64,000 bases of DNA from Rhodothermales bacterium (GCA_963829705.1 CAWHJN010000003.1:381828-445827), one strand, 5' to 3'; counted from the stretch's first letter, positions 29,561 through 42,408 are shown. A program made the numbers and translations. The notes: generated from the letters alone by a model not told the origin.

Positions 29561-29760
29561 TGCACGTCCTCTGAAAACGGGTGTTTTCGCCGCCGTCGCG
29601 AAAGCGAGCGCTCACTTCCAGATGGCCACGGAATCCGGCGAGGGGTCGAGCGCTGAGTTTGGGGTCTTCCAATCTGACAGCGACATCTCATCCGACTGGA
29701 TCGCGTGCGCGGTGGACCGCTGACCTGTTCTGCTGACTTCTGCTGTTCTACTTTGCTCTT

Positions 29761-30336
29761 ATGAACACGCTTTACTGGGTGGCCCTGCTCGTCGGCGGCT
29801 TTTTCGTGCTGCTATCGCTTTTCGGCGGTGATGCCGACGCCGACGTGGACGCGGACGTGGAGGTTGATGCCGACCTCCACGGGCCGGGAGCCGGGGCCGG
29901 GCTCATCGACCTGATTTCGCTCCGGACGATCTTTCTGTTCGCCGCGTTTTTCGGGCTTACGGGCGTGCTGTTCGCGTGGCAGGACGCGGGCGAGCCGTTC
30001 ACGGCTATCGTCGCCTCGGCGATGGGACTCGTGGCCGGGCTGGGCGGCTCGTACGTCATCAAGCGCGTCGCGCACGCGGACGTGTCGAGCACCGTCACGA
30101 CGGACGATTTGCGGGGCAAGACGGCGCGGGTGCAACTGCCCTTCGAGCCGGGCGAGCGCGGCACGGTCACCGTTGTCGCGCGCGGCACCCGGATGAAGCT
30201 CATCGCCCGCCCGTTCGACGCGTCCGAGGGCGCGTTTGCGCCGGGCGAGGAGGTCGTGATCGTGCGGATGGACGGGCGCGTGGCCGAGGTCGTCCGCCCC
30301 GGCGGTGCGCTGCCATCGCTGCCTGAAATAGAATGA
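29761..30336 (+). CDS. NfeD-like / YqiJ-family membrane protein (second copy)
   Basis: Same architecture as 19102..19701, including the acidic DADADVDADVEVDAD motif, transmembrane segments and a C-terminal OB-like part. Confidence 0.7.
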   Translation: MNTLYWVALLVGGFFVLLSLFGGDADADVDADVEVDADLHGPGAGAGLIDLISLRTIFLFAAFFGLTGVLFAWQDAGEPFTAIVASAMGLVAGLGGSYVIKRVAHADVSSTVTTDDLRGKTARVQLPFEPGERGTVTVVARGTRMKLIARPFDASEGAFAPGEEVVIVRMDGRVAEVVRPGGALPSLPEIE

Positions 30337-31244
30337 GCGCCGAGGCAGAAGCTCCCGCCTGCCCGTCGTGCGGTACGGCGTTTCGAGGCGCCTACTGCCA
30401 CGACTGCGGCGAGAAAAAGCTGGACGAAGGCGACCGCACGTTCCGCCATTTTCTGGGCGACGCCTTCGGCACGCTCACCAACATCGACGGGACGCTGTGG
30501 CGCTCGTTTCGGTTGCTGCTCGTGAAGCCCGGTGCCCTTACGCTGGCCTACATCCAGGGCGAGCGCAAGCCGCACCTGACGCCCTTCCGTGTTTTCCTCT
30601 TGTGCAACCTGGTCTACTTTTTCGCGCAGCCATTCACGGGCTACAGCGGCTTCAACACCACGCTGGAATCGCAGCGCACGCGGCAGTTTTACAGCCAGTT
30701 CGCACACATCGACGCGCGCGTGCGGCACCGGATCGGCGCGGAGAAACTGGGCGAGGCGGCGTACGCGGCACGCTACGAATCGTACAAAGAACGCTTCGAC
30801 GCGCGCAGCAGCGCGTACGCCCGCACACTGATTTTCCTGCTCATCCCGCTCTACGCGCTCGCGCTCAAGGCCGTGCTGCCGCGCCGCCTCTACGCCGATC
30901 ACGTCGTGCTAGCCGCGCATTTTCTGGCGTGGCAACTGCTGGTCGTGATGTCGGCGTTTCTGTTTTTCTACCAGTTCGCGCTGTACGACGTGGTGGAACG
31001 GTTGCCTCCCTTCGTGGCCCATCATATCCACGAGCACATCGCATCCCTGCTGCTGGCGGTGTACCTGTACCTGATGCTGCGACGTGCGTTCGGGTTGCCG
31101 AGTAAAGCGGCGCTGTGGCGCACCGTCGTGCTGCAAGGCATGTCGCTTCTGCTGCTGCCCGCGCTGTTCGTACTCGCCACGCTCGCCTACCGCTTTCTGT
31201 TGTTCTGGGTCGCGTTTGCGACGACGCCGGTGCCGGGCGGCTGA
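30333..31244 (+). CDS. DUF3667-like protein: N-terminal zinc ribbon plus polytopic membrane domain
   Basis: CPSCG..AYCHDCGEK zinc ribbon followed by a YIQGERKPHLTPFRVFLL segment and at least 4 transmembrane helices. Its start overlaps the NfeD stop (ATGA). Confidence 0.55.
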   Translation: MSAEAEAPACPSCGTAFRGAYCHDCGEKKLDEGDRTFRHFLGDAFGTLTNIDGTLWRSFRLLLVKPGALTLAYIQGERKPHLTPFRVFLLCNLVYFFAQPFTGYSGFNTTLESQRTRQFYSQFAHIDARVRHRIGAEKLGEAAYAARYESYKERFDARSSAYARTLIFLLIPLYALALKAVLPRRLYADHVVLAAHFLAWQLLVVMSAFLFFYQFALYDVVERLPPFVAHHIHEHIASLLLAVYLYLMLRRAFGLPSKAALWRTVVLQGMSLLLLPALFVLATLAYRFLLFWVAFATTPVPGG

Positions 31245-31369
31245 AAGCGCGCAACTGCGCGCGAGTCCTGCCGTTGACGAATGTGTTACGTCGTTCCGGT
31301 TTCCGCGCAGACGTGCCACGGTACGCTCCTACTTCCGCGTTCCGACTCTCCACCTCCGACCTTCCCCTC

Positions 31370-32632
31370 ATGGACATCCTCACCATCGCCGGCATCCTCA
31401 TCGTTCTGATTCTGGTGCTCGCGCTCTTCATCAAGGCCAACCTCAAAATCTGCCAGCCCAACGAGGTGCTGATTTTCTCGGGCCGTCAGCGCACGTTGCC
31501 CGACGGCTCGTCGGTGGGCTACCGGGTCATCAAAGGCGGGCGCGGCTTCCGGATTCCCGTGTTCGAGGAGGTGGACCGGTTGCGGCTCAACACCATTCCC
31601 ATCGACCTGTCGGTGACGAATGCGTACTCGAAGGGCGGCATCCCGCTCCAAGTGCGCGCCATCGCCAACGTCAAAATCGCCTCGTCCGAGCCTGAACTGA
31701 ACAACGCCGTCGAGCGCCTGCTGGGCAAAAACCAGGACGAGGTGATGATGATCGCCAAGGAGACGCTGGAAGGCAACCTGCGCGGCGTGCTCGCCACGCT
31801 GACGCCCGAGGAGGTCAACGAGGACCGGCTGAAGTTCGCCAAAGAACTGTTGGACGAAGCCGACAACGACCTCTCTGCCCTCGGCCTGCACCTCGACACG
31901 CTCAAGATCCAGTCGGTGGACGACGACCGGGGCTACCTCAACGCCATCGGGCGGCAGCAGACGGCGCACATCATCGCGGCTGCCGAGGTCGTGGAGGCGC
32001 AGCGCATGGAGCAGGCGCGCGTGGCCGAGGCGAGCGCCAACAAAAACATCGCCGAGGCCGAGAACGAAGTCCGCATCGTGCGGGCGCAGCTGGCGGCGCA
32101 GTCCGAGGCCGAGGAGGCGCGCGTGGGGGTGGCGGCGAGCTTGGCGAAGGCGATTGCCGAGCAGGAGTTGGCCGAGCAGGAGGTGCTGCTGGCCGAAAAG
32201 CGGCAGCGTGCCGAAATCGTCGTGCGGGCCGAGGCCGAGCGGCGGGCGAAAGAGGAGAATGCCATCGGCGATGCCGCCCGCATTCTCGAAAGCGGCAAGG
32301 CCGAGGTCGAAATCCTCACCCGGAAACTCGAACTGTGGAAAAACGCCGGATCAGACGCCGAGCAACTCTTCCTCATCCAGATGCTGCCAGACATCATGAA
32401 GGAAGTCCTCAAAACCGTCGATCACCTCAAAATCGACAAGCTCACCGTCGTCGACAGCGGCAACGGCACGGGCGTACCGAACGTGATGCACCAGATCGCC
32501 GGCGCCACGCCCGCGCTCCTCGAAAGCCTCAAAGCCACGACGGGCGTGGACATCGCCGGGATGCTGAGCCGGGCAGGCGACGCGGCGGGCAATAGGCGCA
32601 AACCCATCGGTGACGGCGACGGCGAGGGATAG
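31370..32632 (+). CDS. Flotillin-family SPFH protein (second copy)
   Basis: N-terminal transmembrane helix (MDILTIAGILIVLILVLALF) plus an SPFH/flotillin domain. Paralogous to 19744..21558. Confidence 0.85.
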   Translation: MDILTIAGILIVLILVLALFIKANLKICQPNEVLIFSGRQRTLPDGSSVGYRVIKGGRGFRIPVFEEVDRLRLNTIPIDLSVTNAYSKGGIPLQVRAIANVKIASSEPELNNAVERLLGKNQDEVMMIAKETLEGNLRGVLATLTPEEVNEDRLKFAKELLDEADNDLSALGLHLDTLKIQSVDDDRGYLNAIGRQQTAHIIAAAEVVEAQRMEQARVAEASANKNIAEAENEVRIVRAQLAAQSEAEEARVGVAASLAKAIAEQELAEQEVLLAEKRQRAEIVVRAEAERRAKEENAIGDAARILESGKAEVEILTRKLELWKNAGSDAEQLFLIQMLPDIMKEVLKTVDHLKIDKLTVVDSGNGTGVPNVMHQIAGATPALLESLKATTGVDIAGMLSRAGDAAGNRRKPIGDGDGEG

Positions 32633-32661
32633 CCTTTCACCACAAATAGTCCACGACAGCG

Positions 32662-33084
32662 ATGAACATCCGCGCGCAGGTCGTAAACGAGAAGGGCATC
32701 CACCGGGTGACGCTGGCGACAGACGAAAGCGCCCATGCCCTCGACATCCCGCCTAAAGCGAGCGGCTTCGGTTCGAGCGCCAACGGGGGCGAACTGCTCT
32801 TTCTGGCGCTGGCGACATGCTACTGCAACGACGTGTACCGCGAAGCCGCCCGGCAAAGCATCACCGTCGAAAAGGTCGAAGTGGAGGTCGAAGGTGCGTT
32901 TGGCGGCGTGGGCGAACCGGCCACCCACGTCACCTATCGCGCGCGTGTCGTAGCGCGGGGAAGCACCGAGGACGAGGTGCGGGCGCTGCTCCACCACACC
33001 GACAGCGTAGCAGAGATTCAGAACACCTTGCGCCAGGGCGTCGCAGTTCGGCTGTCGGGCGTAGACGTGGAGATCGTGCGCTGA
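32662..33084 (+). CDS. OsmC/Ohr-family peroxiredoxin-like protein
   Basis: 140 aa, OsmC fold pattern (..GGELLFLALATCYCNDV..). Confidence 0.7.
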   Translation: MNIRAQVVNEKGIHRVTLATDESAHALDIPPKASGFGSSANGGELLFLALATCYCNDVYREAARQSITVEKVEVEVEGAFGGVGEPATHVTYRARVVARGSTEDEVRALLHHTDSVAEIQNTLRQGVAVRLSGVDVEIVR

Positions 33085-33110
33085 CCCACGACGGCGCGAA
33101 GCTCATGCGC

Positions 33111-34506
33111 TCACCTTGGCGTCATTGCATGGAGCACACCGCCGGTGACAGTCAGCGCCGCGCCAACGACGAGGGCGTAGCCGAGGTCAGGCTGCGCGTC
33201 GAGCATGAGGTTGATCGGCGTGTCGAACACCAGCGGGATGCCGATGACGAGCCCCGCCGAGACGCCCACGTCCCACCCGAGCTTCGCCCACGTCTTGCCG
33301 CCTCGTGGCACGCCGAGTGGCCGCCCCGCACCGTTCCACCGGTACGCCGATCTCCCGGCTCCGTAGGCGGACAACAGCAGACCCGCCAGCGCCCCCAGCC
33401 GCCACCAGACCTCTGCCGGTCGGGCCACCACGGGCGTGCCGCCTTCGAGCCACGTCAGCGCGCCGCTCGCGAGTTGGCGGTTGCCCGCGAACGTGTTGGC
33501 GTCCGCCACGACGGCGATGCCGTAGCCCCACGCGGGCACGTAGAGCATGGCGCTGCTGTACGTGCCGATCAGCCCGGTGTGCTGCACGACGTCGATGCCG
33601 TTCCACCGCGCCCGCCGCCAGCCCATCGCCGTACCCCAGCGTATCGCCGTTCCACGGCGTGCGCGACGCTTCGAGGAGGGCTGGCGAAATGCCCAGCCGC
33701 GCTTTCACGTTTGCTGTGTCGAGGTGCGCCGACAGAAACCGCCCCAGATCCATAGCACTCGACGCGATAAAGCCCGCTGGTATCGCAGCCTCGCGGTACG
33801 TCTCGTCGCCCGGCAGTGCCGGCCCGTACCAGAACCGGTGCCCCTGCGCCAGTTCGCCCCCGAATGCGCCCCGCGTGGCCGACGTGTGCGCCATCCCCAG
33901 CGGCACGGCGATGCGCTGTTCCACGTAGTCGGGCGAACGGCAGGCCCGACATTTCTTCGATCACCAGGCCGAGGATCGTGTAGTTGAGGTTCGAATAATC
34001 GAACTGCGTGCCAGGTGTGGATTGGAGGTGCACGCGCTCGAACGGTGCGGTGTCCCACGAAAACGGCTCCGGCAGCCTGAGAAATCCGTCTTTCTCCGCG
34101 ATGCCGCTCGTGTGGTTGAGCAGGTGCCGGATGGTGATGCCGCGCCCTGCGTCACCTGCGAACCGCAAGCGCGGCAGGTATTCCGTGACAGGCGCGTCGA
34201 GGCCGAGCGCGCCCTGTTCGACGAGTTGCAGGACGGCCAGCGCGGTGAACGACTTGCTCATCGACCCGATCAGAAACGGCGTCTCGGGCGCGAGCGCGCG
34301 CCCCCTTTCGTTTGCCCGCCGAAGGCTTCCGCAAACACGACCGAGTCACCCTGCACTACGACGACCGCCGCGCCGGGGATGTTGGACTTATCGAGTTGCG
34401 CCCGAACGAACCGCGACAGCGCCGCGGCGTCGCCCGGTGCGGGCTGGGCGCGGAGCGAGGCGACCAGCAGGCCCGCGAGTGCGGCCCCGAGAAGAACGCG
34501 TTTCAT
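33111..34506 (-). pseudogene. Serine beta-lactamase / PBP-like hydrolase (class C-like) with a C-terminal membrane extension. At least three frameshifts interrupt it.
   Basis: The pieces lie in four frames in order. Signal peptide (MKRVLLGAALAGLLVASLRA). SxxK active-site segment (MSKSFTA). YxN-region segment (PLGM.HTSA). HTG box (VVQHTGLIGTYSS). Shifts at about 34265, about 33925 and about 33622. Confidence 0.7.
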
Positions 34507-35048
34507 GCGGAAAGGCGGTCGAGTTCGGTGAGGGTTTCGTCGGCCCACGCCACCGTGGCGCGGAGCACGAGGATGCCCTGGCGAGCGGTCATCTTCCAGT
34601 ACGGCGCATCAGGGTGCAGGCGGTCTTCGATGCCTGCGACGGCGGCTTCGAGGTGCGCGAGGTGCACAGCATTCCGGGTTCGGTACTCCTCGACCTGCGC
34701 GCGCAGGACGCCCGGCGGCGCGTGCGGCGCAAAAAAGAGCTTCAGCAGCATCTCCTGTCGGGGCGGCTGCGGAGCGATGGCCTCCCCGAACCACCCCGAC
34801 AGTGCCGCGCGCCCCGCGTCGGTGATGGCGTAGCGGATGCGCGGGCGCTTGCCCGTCGCCTCGGGCGGCAGCGCCTCCACGAGCCCCTCCCCCGCCATGC
34901 GTTTGAGCGCCGGGTACACCTGCCCGAACGACTCCGACCAGAAGTGCCGGATGCTGTTCTGGATGGTGTCGCGCAGTTCGGCACCGCTCATCGGGTGGGC
35001 GGCGAGCAGGCCCAGGAGGGCGTAATCGGTACGGGGTCGGTCTTTCAT
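34503..35048 (-). CDS. PadR-family transcriptional regulator
   Basis: Winged-helix PadR pattern (YALLGLL...PMSGAEL.....W.....GQVYPALKRMAGEGLV). Confidence 0.75.
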   Translation of the reverse strand: MKDRPRTDYALLGLLAAHPMSGAELRDTIQNSIRHFWSESFGQVYPALKRMAGEGLVEALPPEATGKRPRIRYAITDAGRAALSGWFGEAIAPQPPRQEMLLKLFFAPHAPPGVLRAQVEEYRTRNAVHLAHLEAAVAGIEDRLHPDAPYWKMTARQGILVLRATVAWADETLTELDRLSA

Positions 35049-35185
35049 ATCTGTCAGATACAATACGAGCCTTTTGAGGTTGGTTGCGTGGGAGGTCGAA
35101 AAAACGGGCGTGGCTTTTTCGCACGCCTCGCATCCTCAGCCTGAGGAGCCTGCTCTGCGCGAAGCCAGAGGCCGCAGTCGAAAAA

Positions 35186-36343
35186 TCACGCCAGCGCGTG
35201 TTCGAGATCGGCAATCAGATCCGCCTCGTCCTCGACGCCGACCGAGAGGCGGATGAGCGAGTCGAAAAAGCCATTTTTGACGCGCTCCTCGACGGGGATC
35301 GAGCCGTGCGTCATCGAGGCCGGGTGCTCGATGAGGCTCTCGACGCCGCCCAGGCTCTCGGCAAGCTGGAAGATTCGGGTTTTCGTGATGACCTCTGTAG
35401 CGGCGTCCACGGTGTCGGTTTTGAGCGTGAACGACATCATGCCGCCGAAATCACGCATCTGGCGTGTGGCGACGTCGTGGCCAGGATCGCTCTCCAATCC
35501 GGGCCAGAACACGCGCGCAACCTTCGGGTGACGGTCGAGGAAACGGGCGACAGCGCGGCCGTTGGCGCAGTGCCGCTCCATGCGGAGGTGGAGCGTTTTG
35601 GTGCCGCGCAGCACGAGAAAGCAGTCCATCGGGCCAGGGACGGCGCCGGTGCTCTTGATCTGAAAGCGCAGCGACTCGTGCCAGTCGTCGCGCGAGGTCA
35701 TGATGCAGCCCAGAATCACGTCGGAGTGGCCGCCGAGGTATTTGGTGGCACTGTGCATCACCAGGTCCGCGCCGAGGGCGAGGGGCTGCTGGAGGTACGG
35801 CGTGGCGAAGGTGTTGTCCACGGCCACGTCGGCCCCGCAGGCGTGGGCGACGTCGCAGACCGCCGCGATGTCGATCACGCGCATCAGCGGGTTGGTGGGC
35901 GTCTCGACCCAGACGAGCTTCGTCTGTGGCGTCATGGCCTTCTCGACGGCGTCCAGATTCGTCATGTCGACAAACGAGAACGTGAGGCCGAAGCGGGCGA
36001 ACGTCTGCGTGAAGAGCCGGTAGCTGCCGCCGTAGAGGTCGTTCGTGGCCACGACGTGGTCGCCAGGGTTGAGCCCTTTCAGGATGGCATCCATCGCGCC
36101 GACGCCCGACGAGAACGCCATGCCGTACGTCGCGCCTTCGAGCGAGGCGAGGTTGCCTTCGAGCGCGACACGCGTGGGATTGTTGACGCGCGAGTAGTCG
36201 AACCCCTGGTTGACGCCCGGCCCCTCCTGCACGTAGGTGGAGGTCTGGAAGATGGGCGTCATGATGGCCCCGGTGGCGGGGTCGGGCACCTGCCCGGCGT
36301 GGATGCACCGCGTGCCGAAGCCGAATGAGGAAGCGTCGCGCAT
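35186..36343 (-). CDS. Cys/Met-metabolism PLP enzyme (cystathionine gamma-synthase / beta-lyase family)
   Basis: CGS/CBL family. PLP lysine motif HSATKYLGGHSD. NPT..ALE...LE.G. Confidence 0.85.
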   Translation of the reverse strand: MRDASSFGFGTRCIHAGQVPDPATGAIMTPIFQTSTYVQEGPGVNQGFDYSRVNNPTRVALEGNLASLEGATYGMAFSSGVGAMDAILKGLNPGDHVVATNDLYGGSYRLFTQTFARFGLTFSFVDMTNLDAVEKAMTPQTKLVWVETPTNPLMRVIDIAAVCDVAHACGADVAVDNTFATPYLQQPLALGADLVMHSATKYLGGHSDVILGCIMTSRDDWHESLRFQIKSTGAVPGPMDCFLVLRGTKTLHLRMERHCANGRAVARFLDRHPKVARVFWPGLESDPGHDVATRQMRDFGGMMSFTLKTDTVDAATEVITKTRIFQLAESLGGVESLIEHPASMTHGSIPVEERVKNGFFDSLIRLSVGVEDEADLIADLEHALA

Positions 36344-36505
36344 GGAAGAAACGGGTTGGATGAGGAAGGCAAGATAAAAGCCTCCGAGGCCATACAGGCC
36401 CCGGAGGCTTTTGAAGGTCGAAAGCGGAAAGTCGGAGGTGAAAAGCGAAGGCGACCGGAGCGCCTCTCGCTCAGCCAACCCGACTGTCAGCCAACCTGCC
36501 CGGCG

Positions 36506-37714
36506 TCAGTTGGTGTCGCCGTAGCCGGCGCACTCGGCGACGGCCTGCGCCTTTTCGGTCATGCGGGCGTTGGTGTACGCCTGGAAGAGCGCCTTGCAAG
36601 CCTCAGTGGCGGGCTCGCCGCTGAGGTCGGCCAGTTCGCGGGCTTTTTCGAGCGACGGGATAGCCAGGGAGAACAGCTCCGTGCGGCGGTCGACGAGACG
36701 GTCGAGTTCGGCCTCGCGCGTGCGGATCTCGTCTGCCGAGAGCGACGCGCGTTCTTCGCGCAGCTTGTCGTCTTTCTCGCGCACCTGGTCGTTGACGCTC
36801 ACGGCCTGGTTGATGTAGGCCGCGCCGAGGTTGTACTGCGCGTTGGCATTCTCCGGGTTGAGGCGAGTCGCCTGCGAGAGCTGCTCGACGGCCTCCTCAT
36901 AGTCTTCGGTCTGCAAGAGCAGCGAGCCGAAGTTGTAGCGGTAGAGCGCGTTGTCGGGTTCACGCTCGACGGCCTCGCGGTAGTAGTCCACGGCGCGGTC
37001 GGTCTGGTTGGCGGCGACGTAGGCGGCGAGCAGTTGCTGCTGCACGTCGGGGTTGTCGGGCATGACGTCGCGTGCGCGTTCGAGCAGCGTTACCGCTTCG
37101 TCGGTGCGCTGGCCCTCGGTGTAGAGCGAGGCGAGGTAGAGGTACGTCTCGGGCTGCTGGTCGCCTTTCTCGACGGCCATTTCGAGCGCCTCGATGGCCT
37201 CGGGCGAGCGCTGGGCGCTCACGAGCGAGTACGCCTTGTTGACGTACGCACCGGCGGAGTCGGGCTGGATCATGGCGGCATTGCCGAAATAGCCCGCCGC
37301 CGTGCCAAACTCGGCGTCGTTGGTCTGGCCGCGGTTGTAGGCTTTTACCCCCCGGTCGAACTCCTGGAGGTAGGCGTTCCGCAGGTTCATGTTGACGGTT
37401 TCGGCCATCTCCGGGTCGACCTCGGCGGCGCGGTTGAAGGCCGCTACCATGTCGCGGATGATTTGCGCGTGCGCCTCAGGGTCGGTGACTTCATCGGCCT
37501 GCGCCATCAGGATGCGGCCTTTGAGTTCGAGGGCAGCAGCGTTGTTGGCGTCTTTTTCGAGAGCGGTATTGACGTTTTCGAGGGCGCGGGCGTAGTCCTT
37601 GTTGCGAAGGTCGAGCTTGGCACCTTCGACATTCGGGTCGCTCGCGCAGCCGTCGGCGGCCACCAGCAGCAGCATGGTGAACACGCACGCGACGAGCGTG
37701 GATAGGCGTTTCAT
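36506..37714 (-). CDS. TPR-repeat lipoprotein
   Basis: Lipoprotein signal (LLLVAADGCAS) plus multiple TPR-like helical repeats. Confidence 0.65.
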   Translation of the reverse strand: MKRLSTLVACVFTMLLLVAADGCASDPNVEGAKLDLRNKDYARALENVNTALEKDANNAAALELKGRILMAQADEVTDPEAHAQIIRDMVAAFNRAAEVDPEMAETVNMNLRNAYLQEFDRGVKAYNRGQTNDAEFGTAAGYFGNAAMIQPDSAGAYVNKAYSLVSAQRSPEAIEALEMAVEKGDQQPETYLYLASLYTEGQRTDEAVTLLERARDVMPDNPDVQQQLLAAYVAANQTDRAVDYYREAVEREPDNALYRYNFGSLLLQTEDYEEAVEQLSQATRLNPENANAQYNLGAAYINQAVSVNDQVREKDDKLREERASLSADEIRTREAELDRLVDRRTELFSLAIPSLEKARELADLSGEPATEACKALFQAYTNARMTEKAQAVAECAGYGDTN

Positions 37715-37889
37715 GACAGGTAGATGGGTAGTGAAAGAGCGGTGGAACGGGCAGGGGCATCCCCCCACAACAGAGTAAAATACACCCTGCCGGATGTTTG
37801 GTTTACCCCCTCGCACCAAGTTCTACCATCGTTACGGACGGAACTGAGGCCGCTGAAAGCGCTTTGCCGCCCTTTTCGCTCTGCCTTCC

Positions 37890-38855
37890 ATGCCCGCTCC
37901 ACCCGCCGAAAACGCCTCCGCCCGCCACGCGCTGCTGCACGACCTCATCGATTACGCCGGGCTGTTTCCACCCGCCGGGCTGCCGCTCGAAAAAGCTTTC
38001 CCGCTCTTCGAGCAGCACCGCGCCCGGCCTGAAGCGTGGATGCTGGCGCGCTTCGTGATCCCCGCCGCCCGGCTGAGCGACCTCGCGGCGCTCGGCTCCA
38101 CGCAGCCCGCCATCCCGCACCGCCTCGCCGTGCTGGGAACAGGTGGCGTCACGGGAGCAGCCTTCCTGCGCGCCACGGCGGACGACCTCGAAGCCGCCCG
38201 GCGCTTCGAGGACAAGTATGCCGACCTGGCCACGCTGGACGCCTTCGAGGTGCCCCTGCCCACGTCGGTGCAGACCAAGGGCGGAGCCGCCGACCTGCTG
38301 GCCGTGCTGGCAGATGCCTTCCGGCAGGCGCGCTACGAAAAAGCATCCATCTTCCTCGAAATCCCCTTCTCGCCCGATGGACTCGCGGTGCGCCCGCACG
38401 CGCTGGCGGCGATGCGTGCTCACAACGACGCCGGAGGCGGCCCGCGCATGGGACTAAAGCTGCGTACCGGAGGCGTCACCGCCGACCTCTTCCCCTCGCC
38501 CGACGCGCTCGCCGAGGCGCTCGTGGAGGCGCGCCGGGCGGGCGTCCCCTTCAAGGCCACGGCGGGCCTGCACCACCCCGTGCGCCAGTACCGCGACGAA
38601 GTGGAAGCGCCCATGCATGGCTTCCTCAACGTCTTCGGCGGAGCCGTCCTGCTCCACACGCACGACCTCGACGCGGAAACGCTGACGCGTCTGCTCGAAG
38701 ACGAGGACGCCAGCGCCTTCACCCTCACCGACGAGGCCTTCGCCTACCGTGACCTGCGAGCCACGGCAGCGCAGGTTCAGGCCGCCCGCGACGCTTTCGC
38801 CACCTCGTTCGGCTCCTGCTCGTTCGACGAACCGGTAGAGGAATTGGGATTGTGA
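37890..38855 (+). CDS. Hypothetical protein
   Basis: Intact 321-aa ORF with protein-like composition. No family recognised. Confidence 0.45.
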   Translation: MPAPPAENASARHALLHDLIDYAGLFPPAGLPLEKAFPLFEQHRARPEAWMLARFVIPAARLSDLAALGSTQPAIPHRLAVLGTGGVTGAAFLRATADDLEAARRFEDKYADLATLDAFEVPLPTSVQTKGGAADLLAVLADAFRQARYEKASIFLEIPFSPDGLAVRPHALAAMRAHNDAGGGPRMGLKLRTGGVTADLFPSPDALAEALVEARRAGVPFKATAGLHHPVRQYRDEVEAPMHGFLNVFGGAVLLHTHDLDAETLTRLLEDEDASAFTLTDEAFAYRDLRATAAQVQAARDAFATSFGSCSFDEPVEELGL

Positions 38856-38942
38856 GGTAGCGGGGCGGCGGGGCGTGCCGCAGGCGTCTCTTCTTCCGTC
38901 TCCATCTCCATCCTCCCCACCGCACGCACGCCCCCGGCCACC

Positions 38943-41552
<2,610 letters not shown>

Positions 41553-41680
41553 CGAATTCAGAGTGGGTTAATGGGATACGCCGGAAAAAGCGCTGGAAGC
41601 GATCAGGGAAGCCTGCTGCATCGCTGGTGGAGGGATGGCCGGTTTGCTACCCGGCTCGATAACCAGCCATTCCAACAAAC

Positions 41681-42238
41681 TCAGCCAACCTCCCTCGCCA
41701 GCCACGCCCGCGCCAGCCGCCAGTCGCGGCGGACGGTGGGCACGGACACGCCCAGCACGCCCGCGATTTCCTCGTGCGTGAGGCCGCCAAAAAAGTGGTA
41801 CGTCACGACGCGGCTCTGCCGCTCGTTGAGGAGCGCCAGCTTTTCGAGGGCTTCGTCGAGGGCGATGAGCGCCTCGGGCGGCGTCTCGTCCGGGTGGATC
41901 TCGTCGACGAACGTCACCGGGTGCTGCCCACCGCCGCGCTTGGCGGCGTTGCGTTTGTGCGCGTAGTTGATAAGGATGCGCCGCATGGCCACCGACGCCA
42001 GCGCATAGAAATGCGCCCGGTTCTGCCAGCTGTTCTCCTGCTGGACGAGCTTCAGATACGCCTCGTGGACGAGCGCCGAGGTATCGAGCGTGTGGCCGGA
42101 GCGCTCGCGCCTGAGCTGCTGCCGTGCGATGCCCCGGAGCGCGTCGTAGATCTGCGGCAGGAGCTGGTCGGCGGCGTCGCGGTTGCCGTCGGCGAGGCGA
42201 CCGAGGAGGACGGTGATGTCGTCGGAGTCGTCGGGCAT
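41681..42238 (-). CDS. ECF-type sigma-70 factor, directly upstream of the Ser/Thr kinase
   Basis: Sigma2 and sigma4 regions (..ALVHEAYLKL... and ..LTHEEIAGVLGVSVPTVRRDW). Start at MPDDSDD. Confidence 0.8.
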   Translation of the reverse strand: MPDDSDDITVLLGRLADGNRDAADQLLPQIYDALRGIARQQLRRERSGHTLDTSALVHEAYLKLVQQENSWQNRAHFYALASVAMRRILINYAHKRNAAKRGGGQHPVTFVDEIHPDETPPEALIALDEALEKLALLNERQSRVVTYHFFGGLTHEEIAGVLGVSVPTVRRDWRLARAWLAREVG

Positions 42239-42408
42239 GGCGCGTCGTGGCCGGTGGAGAGAGCCCGGAAGTACGACAGGGGCGCGACGCAAAGATAACA
42301 GGATGGCGCAAACCTGCCCGTTCTGACAAAAAAACGACGGCCCCGTTATCACTTTCGTCCGGCAGTGCGGCGTGAAGGAGTAGAGACCTCACCCAACCGC
42401 CCGCTGCC

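Noticed and set aside
29137-29574. 145-aa ORF inside the lower-GC island
   Set aside because: It has no protein-like features or motifs, and its composition changes abruptly mid-ORF. Treated as non-coding.
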